Source of the DNA: the human T2T-CHM13v2.0 reference genome, Homo sapiens
Assembly: GCF_009914755.1 (NCBI RefSeq)
Contig: NC_060931.1
DNA: 64,000 nucleotides
Strand: one strand, 5' to 3'
How positions within the stretch are numbered: the stretch's first letter is position 1; each line of letters starts with the position of its first letter. Below the pieces are notes generated by a model. It worked only from the letters and a program-made list of their open reading frames with translations. It had not been told where the DNA came from and ran no database searches. Shown here piece after piece: positions 1-12,120 of this stretch. A program made the translations under genes and the position numbers.

Positions 1-122
1 CTACCGATTCATATGTTATTCTCATCTTGAAAAACCCTCACCGACATACCCAGGATAATGTTTAGCCAGATATCTTGGCAATCCATGGCCCAGTCAAGTT
101 AACACAAAAACTAACCATTACA
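1..122 (-). mobile_element. MLT2-family (ERVL) LTR, 5' end, truncated by window edge
   Basis: Reverse complement reads TGTAATGGTTAGTTTTTGTGTTAACTTGACTGGGCCATGG...AAACATTATCCTGGGT, matching the recalled MLT2 start. It appears inserted into the adjacent MLT1. Confidence 0.8.
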
Positions 123-540
123 ATTGCCTTATATGGCAAAAGAGACTTTGAAGGTGTGCCTAAGTTAAGGATCTTGAGACTGGGATGTTAGCCTGAATTA
201 GCCAGGTGGGCCCTACAAGTAATCACAAGTTTCCTTAAAAGATGGAGGCAGAAGAAGATTTCACCACAGAAGAGGAAGGAGGGGATGTGACTAAAAAAAG
301 CAAGAGGTTGGAGTAATGTAAGGATAGGGTCATAAGTCAAGGATTGTGGGTGGCCCCAGAAGCCAGAAAAGCCGAGGAAAGGATTCACCCCTCAGAGTCT
401 CCAGACCCGCCTGTACCTTCATTTTAGCCTAGTGCAACTGATTTCAGACTTCTGGCCTCTGGAAATGTAAGAAAATAAATCTGTGTTTGTTATGCCAAGT
501 TGGATGTAATTTGTTACAGCAGCCACAGGAAACTGATGCA
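123..540 (+). mobile_element. MLT1 (ERVL-MaLR) LTR, MLT1D-like, 3' part
   Basis: CCTTATATGGCAAAAGAGACTTTG...AAGTTAAGGATCTTGAGA...AATAAATCTGTGTTTG...TTTGTTACAGCAGCCACAGGAAACTGATGCA terminus. Confidence 0.85.
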
Positions 541-1299
541 GCCCCCTATTAGGAGGTTCATGGGACACATGAAGGTCATGCAGTTGTTTGCACATGACAG
601 AAGTTGCATTGACTTAAGAGTTTGCCACAATTTTATGATGGTTAAAATGAAACCATCAGTAGAGAGTTTGCGGGTAATAATTGCTCAATAAATATTAGTT
701 AACTAAGATATATATTAAACAATAAAACAGTGGTGAAAACAGAAGATTTAACAAGAAGGAAAAGGCTTAAAGAAGTAGGGCTGAAATAGAAAAGTCCCAA
801 GGGAACAGAGAATGGAATCTCTTCAGGGAGACTAAGGAATGTATCTCAAGGTCCACTGAAGGTAGGAAGGAGAAAATGTCTTCTCTCAGCACTTGAGTCA
901 AGCCCCCATCACCAGAAGGCAGGATAAGGTTTGGCATTCATTCATTCAACCTTGAAGGCCCACCATATCCCAAGCACGTGCTACTCCTGGATACACATGA
1001 ACAAGCAATGGGCTGCCTCCATCCTCCAGTGCACAGTGAAGTAGAGTTGGTCCCAGCAAGTACACATGGAGGGCCAAGTCCTCTAAGGCGTCCTCACTAA
1101 TTGAAAATTATTTCCATTTCTTTTAAAATAAGTGTATGTTAGATGTCAAACTCCTAACTTCAATGCTTTAAAGATATTTTTACATGGGAAGCTAATAAAA
1201 ACCTAAAAACCAAAGGAGAAAATATTCAGGCTCATACTACTTAGTATTCACTTTACTGAATTTTTGTTTACATCACATCTGCACCAACTGTCTTCTGGA

Positions 1300-1555
1300 A
1301 GCAGTATAGCAGAATGCTCAAGAGCATGGAGTTCAGAGCAGAAATACCTGGATTTGAATCCTAGATTTGCCATAAATTGTATTTGTGACTTTGGGCAAAA
1401 ATTACTAAATCTCTGTATGCCGCAGCTCTCTCATCTACAAAACGGAGATGATAATAGTATTTGCCCCATCAAGTTTTCATGAAAATTGGATGAGTTAATA
1501 ATTGTTAAGCACTAACACTGTCAGCCCATAGTAAGGGCTATATAAGTGTGTGTTG
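1300..1555 (+). mobile_element. MIR SINE
   Basis: CCTGGATTTGAATCCTAG...TGTGACTTTGGGCAA...CTCATCTACAAAACGGAGATGATAATAGTA core. Confidence 0.85.
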
Positions 1556-2412
1556 AGTAAAAGTATTAAAAACTTCTTTAAGACCCGGGAGTTCTTAAGA
1601 AAGCACATTCGTACTCTGTAAATTGAGTAACTTTTTCAGGTGACAACATTTTCCTGCATGGTATTTTCCTTGCTCACTTTCCAAGGGTCCCCATGACGAA
1701 TTTCCACCTACCAGTCAACAAAAGCAGCCAGAGCTCCATCAGTGAAAGCCCAGTGAACCCATATGTTGCAAATGAGTGTCAGTAATGACAACAGCAGCAA
1801 GGGTTTCACAATCTGTGCGTGAGAAGAAAGTTCACAAATGCAATCGGAAATGAGGTACTCCTCCTTCCACTTCTAAATCACTTCAAACCCTTTCAGACTA
1901 AAATAAGTACTAGGGATGTGATCCACAGCTATCACCTCGGGGTGGAGAAGTGAAAAACTTACTAGCTTTGCCAGTTTGACTGTCAGAGAGAGCTGCATTC
2001 AAATTCTGACCCCAATCCTTGCTATCTACATAACAGACAAGTTAATTAAACTTTCTTAATCTGACAGGGAAAACGTTGCCACTTTGGCTGGTTTTAAGTA
2101 TATAATTTAGCAAATCATACTTATCTTTGACTAAGTTGCAGACTGTAGGTTGGGTATTTAGAAATTAGAGCACCTACGGATCAGATACGCCCATTTATAT
2201 TTTTAGTGGGGAAAGACATGCAGTGGGATCCCAAGCCTGTCTTTTGTGAGCCTTTATTGACTAAGCTTTCTGCCTTTTCCTTTCTAAAACCTTTTAGAAA
2301 TTAAGAACATCCAGGCACTTCCTTTGGCAAGTCTGACACATACACAAGGGAGAGGACATAAATAATTTCCATACTCTTCAATGAAAGTGAATGTGTAACA
2401 TATAAAACAATG

Positions 2413-2728
<316 letters not shown>

Positions 2729-3329
2729 TCAAACAGTCCTTTCCAGTAACAAGGTCTCAGGCACCCATCTCAGAAGATTTATTACATGCTGCCCCCACCA
2801 TTGACCCCAAAGGAGACTGACTCTGCAAACAGCTCAAATCATAGTCATCCTCTTCATTTCCTGTGTGTCCCTCCCACTCCTCTCACTAACACGTAATACC
2901 ATAGCCACATCAGTCAGTGGTTAGGATGCTGGGTTAATTTTACTCCCAAGGAAAGTGACGCCTGAGAGAAAGAGCCATTTGTTTGTCTTTTTAATTTCAG
3001 CTTCTTCCTAAATAAGACAGCCTTTTAGAAAGACTTTCACAGTGTCAGGTTAGTTACCTAAATCTTAGGTAACTTTAGGTTAGTTACCTAAAGTCACTCT
3101 GTGACTTCATCCTGATATAAAGGAACAAGGAAGAGAGTCGGATTAGGCTAACTCACTATGGTACATCTTATTTTTTATTTAGTTTATATATTTTGTGTTT
3201 TTAGATTAATTTTGCGGGTAGAGTGGGGCATAACTCAACATATTTTTTTCCTCACAAGCTGGATTAATTATTTTAGTAACATGAGCTGTATTAAAGGGGT
3301 CATAGAAGTCAGGTTAGGGCAAGCACTGT

Positions 3330-3460
3330 TATTTATGTTTTACAGATGGGGTAACACATAGAAAAGGCACGGAGAAGTTAAGTGATTTGCCTGTGGTCAC
3401 AAAGCCTGTTAGCAGCAAACCCAGAACAAGAACCTAAGATTTATGACCGCCAGTTCCAGC
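3330..3460 (-). mobile_element. MIR fragment
   Basis: TTTTACAGATGGGGTAAC...AAGTTAAGTGATTTGCCTGTGGTCACA. Confidence 0.75.
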
Positions 3461-3658
3461 TGTTTTTCTTCGTCATGTATCCTCAGCAATCAACATAATC
3501 AAAATCTGTTTGGAGGTAACTGGGTACAACAAAATAAATTATTGTTCCTTTTGTTGGGTGAATTCAGTTTGACCTGGATATTAAATTTGCACAAGTCTCA
3601 CTGTCTCATTTAGTTATGTCTGCTCTTTTATTTTTTAAACTATGCTTATGACTTTCAG

Positions 3659-3754
3659 ACTACTGATTTGTATAAAGGAAGATAACACCGAACAACCAAA
3701 CAGGAAGTAATCCAGCGAATCTGGAACAGCGGTGGAATTTAGAAGCAAGGCCAG
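3659..3754 (+). ncRNA. Candidate 96-nt non-coding exon
   Basis: Pyrimidine-rich acceptor ...TTATGACTTTCAG| and strong donor CAG|GTAAGC. Stops in all three frames. No transcript evidence available. Confidence 0.35.
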
Positions 3755-5814
3755 GTAAGCACTTCAAATATGCGAAAAGAAAATGAGAGAGCTGAAGGGA
3801 CACCAAGCAATTTGATTTGCTCTTGGTTTACTCTGGAGGAAAAGGAATCCTTCTGAATTCTGAATTCCCAGAGCCAAGCCACTATATTCTTCTATTTCTT
3901 CTGTGTGTCTTCCAGGGAAAGTGTGTCCTTGTCAGCACCACAATGACACTTTCCATCCTGTGACAGAAACTAAGTCTTGAAAGACAACATTGTTACACTG
4001 TTTGGGGAGATCACGCCTAGTGGTTGTTTTGTTTTGAAGTGAGTGGGGATGGTGAGGAGGGGTTTAGTGAAGGAGTAAATGTGAATGATAATGTCATAAA
4101 TTCCCCTATGATTCTGATTATGAGAACTCTCCTCAGAGAATCTCAGTTCCGTAGGGAACTTTGTCCAGGATCTCCCAATTCTTTTGAGACCTCATCCAAA
4201 AATGGTGACTTGGATAAAGAGAACTCAGGAACTGCATGCCACTCTTCATCTAACTCTGCATGCAGCTATGTTCACATTCTGCTAACGCTGGCTGATGTTC
4301 AAAAACTCAGCCCAATGATAAAGGTTTTAAAAGTGTATTATTTTCACTATTGATATAGATCTTGTGGAATAATCATTTCATAATGAGCCAGATCTTAACT
4401 AGTAGCAGACTACTCTAGTGTCTGCTACTAATCAGACACACTCTAGTTTGTGGTTGGTGAAGCCAGAGAGTGATATCATTTCCTAAGAAACAGGCAAGGA
4501 GAGAGAAAGCAATTGAAGGGTGAAGAGCAGAGAACTATGAAGATGATTCAGGAAGAGGCACATGGAGACTAGAGGTAAAACAGAAGTTCTGGGCAGTGAA
4601 CGAAGACATCTAATACAAGGAAAAGGGGGCCAGGGACTGAGGAGGAAGGAGTAGTTTAGATTTGATCTTATTTGCACCCACAGACCAGTTGCTAAGGGTC
4701 CAACTTTCTCAGGGATTAGATTTAACAGAGATAGAAAGTTAGTTTTCGAAGAGAAATCTTATTTATTAGCTAAAGTATGTCCAGTTTAATTATGTAATGA
4801 AGATGAGTATTTGTCACTCATTTATTTGAGTATATATTTTATAGATAACAATGTACCAGAGTGTAATAGAAAGTACCTTACAGTATAACTGTAGTGATTT
4901 GAATGGCTTGTCTGAGAAGGATGTGGAAAAAGGTCCCATATCTCTCAATATTAGTACCCAAGTCAGCCTAAAAAGAAACAAAACATTGTAAATATCTTGG
5001 TTCCTAGTAACAGAAGAGATTTTAAACACAGAGTCACCTAACTGAGTGGAATATTTTTAATTTAGTATCAGCACCCTTTCCTAAAGATGCTATAAATTAA
5101 GAACTCTCTGATTTTTTTTAAGCCATAAGTGTTAAAGAGTAATCTATTACAAATCAAGTTCAGTCCCACTCTTGATAACATTGTGTTTTTAGACTAATTT
5201 TGCAGGTAGAGTGGGGCATAACTCACCATAGTTTTTTCCTTACAAGCTGTATTAATTATTTTAAAAATAGCAAACATCATGAAAAATAGCCCAGCCAAAT
5301 ACTCATTTCTTTGCTTAATGTCTCATTGCTTGGCAATTTTCTTCACTGTCATTTTCAATGGAAAAATACCTGAAATTCATCTACTGAAATTCAACTGAAC
5401 GGAGTGGTTTAAAAAGAATCAATAGACATGCTAATAATAAGGAAAGCATTCAAATGCAATATAGCATATGTTTCTAATTACCACTTCACAAGTCCCAGTT
5501 ACAAATTAAGTCTCTTTTATTTCAATTAACAGTCTAATGGTGCTTCAGAGAGATAAAGAATGTTTTAAAAAGAAACCAAACCTCTGATGAAGAGCACCCA
5601 ATTTTCTCTCCAAGGAAACATGATGAAGGTTTTAAGCTATGAGAAAAGTCTGGGATAGGTGATTTGGGAACTGTATTGTCCATCACAGCTAAGAGATGTA
5701 GATGATGTTTTTGGTTTTTGGTTTTTGTGCTCCCCTTCCTGGGACCTTCTCAGCCATTCTACTGCCCACTTCTCTTCTGATATCCTATCATGGGAGAGAA
5801 GTCACCCAGCTGGC

Positions 5815-6010
5815 CATGCATCTATACAACAAATATTTACTAAGCACTTGCTTTGTACCAGCATTTAAGTACTTGGTCATGAGGATTCAGTGGTATATAA
5901 GATCTAGTCCCTTCTCTCAGAAAGGTTGTTGTTTAGTGGGATAGACAGACATATAAGCTAATAGTTCTAGTGTAATGTGTCTATAACAATAACAGAATGA
6001 AAACATCTAT
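5815..6010 (-). mobile_element. L2 3' fragment
   Basis: CAACAAATATTTACTAAGCACTTGCTTTGTACCAG...GTCCCTTCTCTCAGAAAG...GGATAGACAGAC. Confidence 0.7.
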
Positions 6011-6257
6011 AGTAAAGATTGATAAGTTAATTTACTCTAATGTGTTACGTCATTTTACCCAGAAGTTTTTAAATGAACAGAAGAATATATATACATATAT
6101 TCTCTTTCTTTCTCTCTGTGTCATTTCTATGGGTGAAATTTCTGGTATTTGTGATTAGGATGATGAGATATCTGATACCCATAGAGGTGACCACAAACTC
6201 TGTCCATAAAGCTGAGCTTGTTATAAATTTTAATTTCAACTCAGGGCTGGATAAATT

Positions 6258-6415
6258 CATAGAATGTTAAGGGTTCAAGGAATTTCACAGTGTATCTTAT
6301 TGATTCATTTTACAGATGAGGACCCTAAGACCTAGAGAAACTAAGTCATTTGCTCAAGAAGACAAAGGTAATCATCAGAAATCAACATGAGATTTCAGCT
6401 CTCCTGATCCTTAGT
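6258..6415 (-). mobile_element. MIR/MIR3 fragment
   Basis: CATTTTACAGATGAGGACCCTAAGACCTAGAGAAACTAAGTCATTTGCTCAAG. Confidence 0.7.
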
Positions 6416-6525
6416 ACAACATGTGAAAGAAGATATGTTGTCTTTACTCACAGTGGAGGCATTTTTCTAGCTGTGTTTGATTTGGCTTCCCTATAGATTC
6501 AGGACCCATAACTCTTGTTCTCACT

Positions 6526-6573
6526 CATCTGCTATGCTGCTGATAAGGACTTTCAGGTCAACAGCTGTAACTG
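6526..6573. promoter_or_regulatory. E-box/GATA composite (TAL1-GATA type) with second E-box and MYB-type site; candidate haematopoietic enhancer core
   Basis: CATCTG (6526-6531)-N9-TGATAA (6541-6546), AGGTCA 6555-6560, CAGCTG 6562-6567 and TAACTG 6568-6573, in non-repeat DNA. Confidence 0.55.
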
Positions 6574-6851
6574 CTAAATGAAGTTAATACTCTGGAAAAA
6601 AAAAAAAAAAAAAAACCAGAAGGAACAGAGACCAAAAGATTGAAAGCCATTTGGAAATTTCTTGAGTGGTGTCTGGCAGGTCTTTTATGAAGATTATCAT
6701 AAACCAGGAAAAAAAAAAAAAACGCCTGCTGACTGTGTTATCTGTAGTGCCTATTGCCTATTTTGGCTGATTCATTGATGGTGTAACAGATAACAGAATG
6801 AAAGGAAATGGTTTGGTTTCTATAAAGGAAAAAGAATGGTTTGTATAAGGA

Positions 6852-7333
6852 AACCATTAGTTTCCTGAGATTGCTATACCAAATTATCAAAACTTGGTGT
6901 CTTAAAACAATAGAAATTTTTTCTCCCACAGTTCTGGAGGCCAGAAACTCAAAATCAGTATTTGGCGGCTGAAATCAAGGTGTTGGCAGCACCCTCTGGA
7001 GGCTCTCGGACAGAATCTGTCCCTTGTGTCTAACAGATTCTGCTGGCTGCTGGCATTCCTTGACTTGTGGTCGTATCATTCCCATCTCCTCCTCCATAGT
7101 CATAACGCTTTCTCCTCTTCTCTGGCATTTGCATCCCTTTTATAAGACACGTATGACTGCATTTAGGGCTCACCAGGATAATGCAGGATAATCTTCCTAT
7201 TTCAGGATCCTTTGCCACATCTTCAAAGTCCTTTTTGGCCAATAAAGTAATATTCACAGGCTCCAGGTTTTAGGATGTGGGTAGTGGTGTTGGGGTGGGG
7301 GGCAGATTTGGGGGTGAACAACCAGCCTACTAC
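6852..7333 (-). mobile_element. MLT1C-like MaLR LTR
   Basis: TTAGTTTCCTGAGATTGCTATACCAAATT...CTTAAAACAATAGAAATT...CACAGTTCTGGAGGCCAGAA...CTTTTATAAGACAC...ATTCACAGGCTCCAGG. Confidence 0.85.
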
Positions 7334-10300
7334 TGGTGGGTGACTGGTTATCCATCATTCTTAAGTCAGAAATGATGACCCAAAATCTCTTTTTGCTTTT
7401 GCTTCACTCATTTTGCATTTAATTACTAGGCTCTGCTTCTTCAGACACTTTTATTACAGTTTAGTTTTTGCTACATCCCTCAAAAATGTCTTATTATTTT
7501 CACGGCCTGTCATTTAGTTATGTTTTCTTCTAAGTGTTTGGCTGTCTTGGTCAGTGCTCTAAAGGAATTAAAATCACTTGGTCAGGGCTCTGAAGTAATT
7601 GGTCAGTGCTCTGAAGTAATTAAAATCACTGTGAAGCTGAATGAAAAATCAGAAGAAGAATCAAGAGACCTATGTTTTGCTTGTTAGGAGAACTGTGTAT
7701 CCTTTATGTCTATTTTTGGAGTTGGTGGTAATTTCTGGTCAAGGAATCAAATGTTCTTATTCCTAACCATATAGTCAGATAAGATGGCTAAGGTGCTTTC
7801 ATAATCACCATTGATTCACTGTCAGATGGGCCCGTGCTCTGTGACAACTTTTCAATATTATAGACTTTACCAAATAAAAAGGTATCTCCTCATTCTGTGC
7901 ACAGAAAAAGAAAATGATGGATGAGTATATTAGCCAGAACCCTGTCGCAGAAAAATAAGCATGAGTGTGCCCTTTCATGCCTCCTGAGAACTCCTGTGCT
8001 AGACAGAGCCTGTTCAAGATGTCTTTTCTGACTTTCTGATTCCAGTTGACATCTAGGCATATAAGGCAACTTTGTGATGGGGCCAGAGAGCACCACACAT
8101 TGTTGTGTATGAAATACTCTATTCAGCAAACAAGCCGTGCAGCAACAAGACCTAGTGTGGTCAAGGATGGTGGACTAAAAACCACTATGAAAGCAGAGAT
8201 GTAGCCACCTCTGAGACTGGTTTTCTAAGCAGGATGACTTGGTTCCATCCCTACAGGCATCGTCTGGTCCAGTTCAGCACAGAGCTAGCTGCAAGTGACA
8301 ACCTAAGAGAAAAGTCAGCGAGAACAAAGATCCATCTCTTCGTTGACTGCCTTAATCCCTAGAGCTGTGTTCTTCAATTTGTTACTATTTGCTACAATTT
8401 TTCTGCCTAACAAGCAAGTTCTATCCTGCCTAGGAGAGAAACTTTTAGTAAATTCATCTTCATTCACTACTATTCAGCTCATGCTGTAAAAACTTAGATA
8501 ATGCTGTCTGAAATACTTAACTCCTGGTCAAATGCAGCTGCTATTTCATTCAGTATAATCAAAGAATAGCCAAGGACTTTAGTTAATATTTCTTCAGATG
8601 ATAGAGAATAAACAAATTGTTTTGGATATATCTACCATGCCCTCCAAACATGATTGTTGATATCTTTTCTATATAAATTACTTTCCTACATAAATGGTAC
8701 TTAGCTTTTCCTTGAAAGATATGCTCTTCTCTCCAGCTCAAAGATAACCCTCTTTCCCTCAAATTATAAGTAATTTATATTTAATAATCTTTCATACGAA
8801 TTTTTAAAATTACAAATGGTAAGGTACCACTATTTTTTATTTTGTAACAGCACAAACCATCAAATCAGAAAAAAAGAAAGGTTGAGTATGATCTCTGAAA
8901 AATGAATTCTAGTAGCATGTATAGCAAAAATCATCTTAGAATGAATAGAAGCCCTGAATAACTCAATGACCACCAGGCTTGTCTGCATCCACGTTCTACT
9001 TGGTTAACTGTTAAATAATATCTAACTTGTTGCATTGTAAAAACAACATGTGTCTGTAAACTGAAAAATAGATGTTATTATCCACCTGGTTTAGTCATAA
9101 TGGAGAAATGTCCTTCAGTTGCATGATGCTCTTCCTATGAATGAGGAAACCAGATCAACATTTCCATTCAAGTTCTAGCTTGCCTATAACATTTCTTAGC
9201 TCCTTTTGCAAACCAAAAGTGGCAGCAGTTGTAACTGAATTAGTCTAACTGCTCAGACACATGCATTTCTGTTTGGTTGCTCTGGTCTCTTCTTGAAGGC
9301 CAAGTGCTGTGATCATTTATCATCATCAGAATTGGCTGCCATAACTCAGTGTTCCCGGGACCTGCAGTGGGCAGAGCACCAGCACAACCCGTAGAAAGCA
9401 GCTCCAAGATCAGCACCCTCTCATAAACCTACCGAGCCAGGAGCATCTTCCAGGCCCTCCACTCTCAGGAGTTTCAAGGAGAAAACAAAATGCTGAGGAC
9501 TGGGAATGAGAAGCTTCAACCTTGCACAATCTCTACATTTTGCTTTACTCCCAAGAGGGACGAATGAAGAATGTTGTTATTGATGCTATGACCACTTCTC
9601 TCCCATATTGTGCCCAGTAAACATGGTCTTACTCATTATTGAAATACTAGCATTCTTCTATAATGGTTCGTACACAGCTGCTGCCCAGAGCACTGAATAA
9701 CACATACTACCAGGTGTCAAACCCAGATTTCCCCAGTCTCTCCTTAATTTCCAGCAATAAAAAGATTAGCCTGGCACAGCAGGTCTTCAGACCCTTTCTG
9801 ATTTTGAATAGTGATTTGAACACCTCTCCTAGCTGTGTCCCCTTTGGGTTTAAGAATAAGATAGAAGATATATTGCTTTCCATTTTAAAATGTTTAACTT
9901 CTATTCAAGAATAAATATTGATGAAGGGCATCTAGGTACTAGTGATTTTTCCTGATGTCCATTTTGTGAACTTCACAGAAGACTTTGATTTCACCTTAAA
10001 CCAAAGAAAACGTTCACAGATATCTTATAAATCTACTATTTTTCATGATTATAATAACCTGTCATCATGACAAGCCATGTTCATTAACAAAAGAAATCAT
10101 AGGGGCAGCTTCTATTGGGCACTTAACTCCTTCATCCATGAAATTATACTTTATGTGAATTTATTTTTGGAAAGTTCAGGTAGTTTAAATTTTAAATATA
10201 TAGACTAGAAAGAAATTGGGACCTTAAAAACTATTTTACAGGAAAAATGTTTCTGCCTGTCCTCATATTTCCTTCTTTTTTTTTTTTAACAGTGTTAGAT

Positions 10301-10723
10301 TTCTGCAGAACTAATACCCTTTAAATACTCTTGTCACACTTCAGAGGACACTATGCAAATTCTCAGAGGCCACACAATTTCCAGGTATATTGTGAGGCCT
10401 CTGATAAGATTTGTATACTGTTGACACCTACTTAATATATGGATAAATAAATCTCCAGTAAAATACAAAATAAATAGGATTTCTATCCACAAACAACAAG
10501 GTTGCAACCACAAAAGTGAAATCTGCACAGACAGAAAAAGAGCTCTGTCATGTTGAGTATTTCTTGACCTCGCAGTGAGTCATAGATTTTCTTTTTGTTC
10601 TAAGACTGGAAAAACACCAGGATAAGAAACATTTTGGAAAACTATAGAAAACAACTGGATCCAAGCTCAAGTCCTCAGAGATAACATCCTGTACTTAAAA
10701 TCTTTAAGTTGTTATAGAGGGGA

Positions 10724-10739
10724 GTATGTGTATGTGTGT

Positions 10740-10812
<73 letters not shown>
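10724..10812. repeat. Compound (TG)n(AG)n microsatellite
   Basis: Directly visible. Confidence 0.97.
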
Positions 10813-10814
<2 letters not shown>

Positions 10815-10818
<4 letters not shown>

Positions 10819-11015
10819 GGAGGAGGAGGAGATGGGAGTGGAAGGTAAACAGCAGCAGAAAGAAAACATGTGCACTCATGTTTTCTTCAGATGCTTCTTC
10901 AGATGAGTCCATCAGGAGGAGGAGGAGGAGATGGAGATGATGATGGGAGGGGAAGGTGAACAGCGGCAGAAAGAAAACATGTGCACACAATGATGCTTCT
11001 TCAGATGAGTCCATC
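10815..11015. repeat. ~100-bp tandem duplication (2 diverged copies)
   Basis: 10815-10913 and 10914-11015 both run AGGAGGAGG...GGAAGGT.AACAGC.GCAGAAAGAAAACATGTGCAC...GATGCTTCTTCAGATGAGTCCATC. Confidence 0.9.
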
Positions 11016-11949
11016 TTCCTAAGTGTTGGTGGGAACACTGATCATAGATTTAAAAAAACAGTTTGTGTTTCTACTTGCATTTTCATCAGGAAGTTACAAA
11101 ACATCTTGGAATATTTGCATTTCTTTCTATTTGACTGCTCAGGATGTGTCTTCATGACATAAGTCATTTTCAGCCATGTTTACCGGATGTTCCTCTTCTC
11201 TCAGAGAACACCATTCTTTTGCTTTAGAGTTAACACGGTGTTTTCCTACCCCCTACTGCATATGCTCCCACCCCCTATTGCATACTGCTCATAGTAACCA
11301 GCAGATCTGTTTGGGGTGATGATGAAATCGCCAGGAGGCACAGGTGGCTTTTGGGCTCTGATCCTAATGGGACTGTGGAGCTCATCCTGGAGCTCAAGGC
11401 TAGAGCAAGACACCGCGGAAAAACTAACTTTCTGGGGTTTTGATAACCACAGCATCCTGGGTTGACTGGCCTATTACTATAGTAGGAGCCTGATGATTCA
11501 GACATATAACATCACTGTCCAAAGCCTCTCGAAGTGGGATAAGGCATCAAGTTTTTGCTTGAGAGCTAGAGCATGGCTATCATAGTAGAATTAAGGAATA
11601 GATACATTTATTACCTCAAAGTGCCATTCCAGAGGGACCCAGAAATGGTTATTGTAAAATTGAGTTATACCATAGACTGTTCCCAAATACTGTATGCGTC
11701 CAAGGCTTAGTTACCTCCATTATAAGCAGTGTGACTGCTCTCCTCACAGAGGACTATAAAAATTAAAGAATCATCAAGAATTTGCAAACACAAGCTCATG
11801 ACAAACATCTAGCAGTTATGTTAGACATAAATGATCTTTTTCTGGTAGACAAATGGAAAAGAAGTATATTTTATTGGATTCTTATGACTACGAAGAGCCC
11901 AACCAGGTTGTGATTGTCTGGCTTCCATTTACCAAATCACAAATTCTCA

Positions 11950-12120
11950 CAACTGGCAGTAGGTGCCTTAGAGAGCATCTGGTTCAAATATCTTACATGG
12001 TGGATGAGAAAATGGAGGTTCCAATATATTAACTTACTTGCCTGGGGTAATACAGCTTGTTTATGGCAGTGTCAGGACTAGATGCCCAGGTTTTATGATG
12101 CCATAACTAGTTTCTTTCCC
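11950..12120 (-). mobile_element. MIR3/MIR fragment
   Basis: GATGAGAAAATGGAGGTTCC...TTACTTGCCTGGGGTAATACAGCTTGTTTATGGCAGTGTCAGGACTAGA. Confidence 0.65.
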
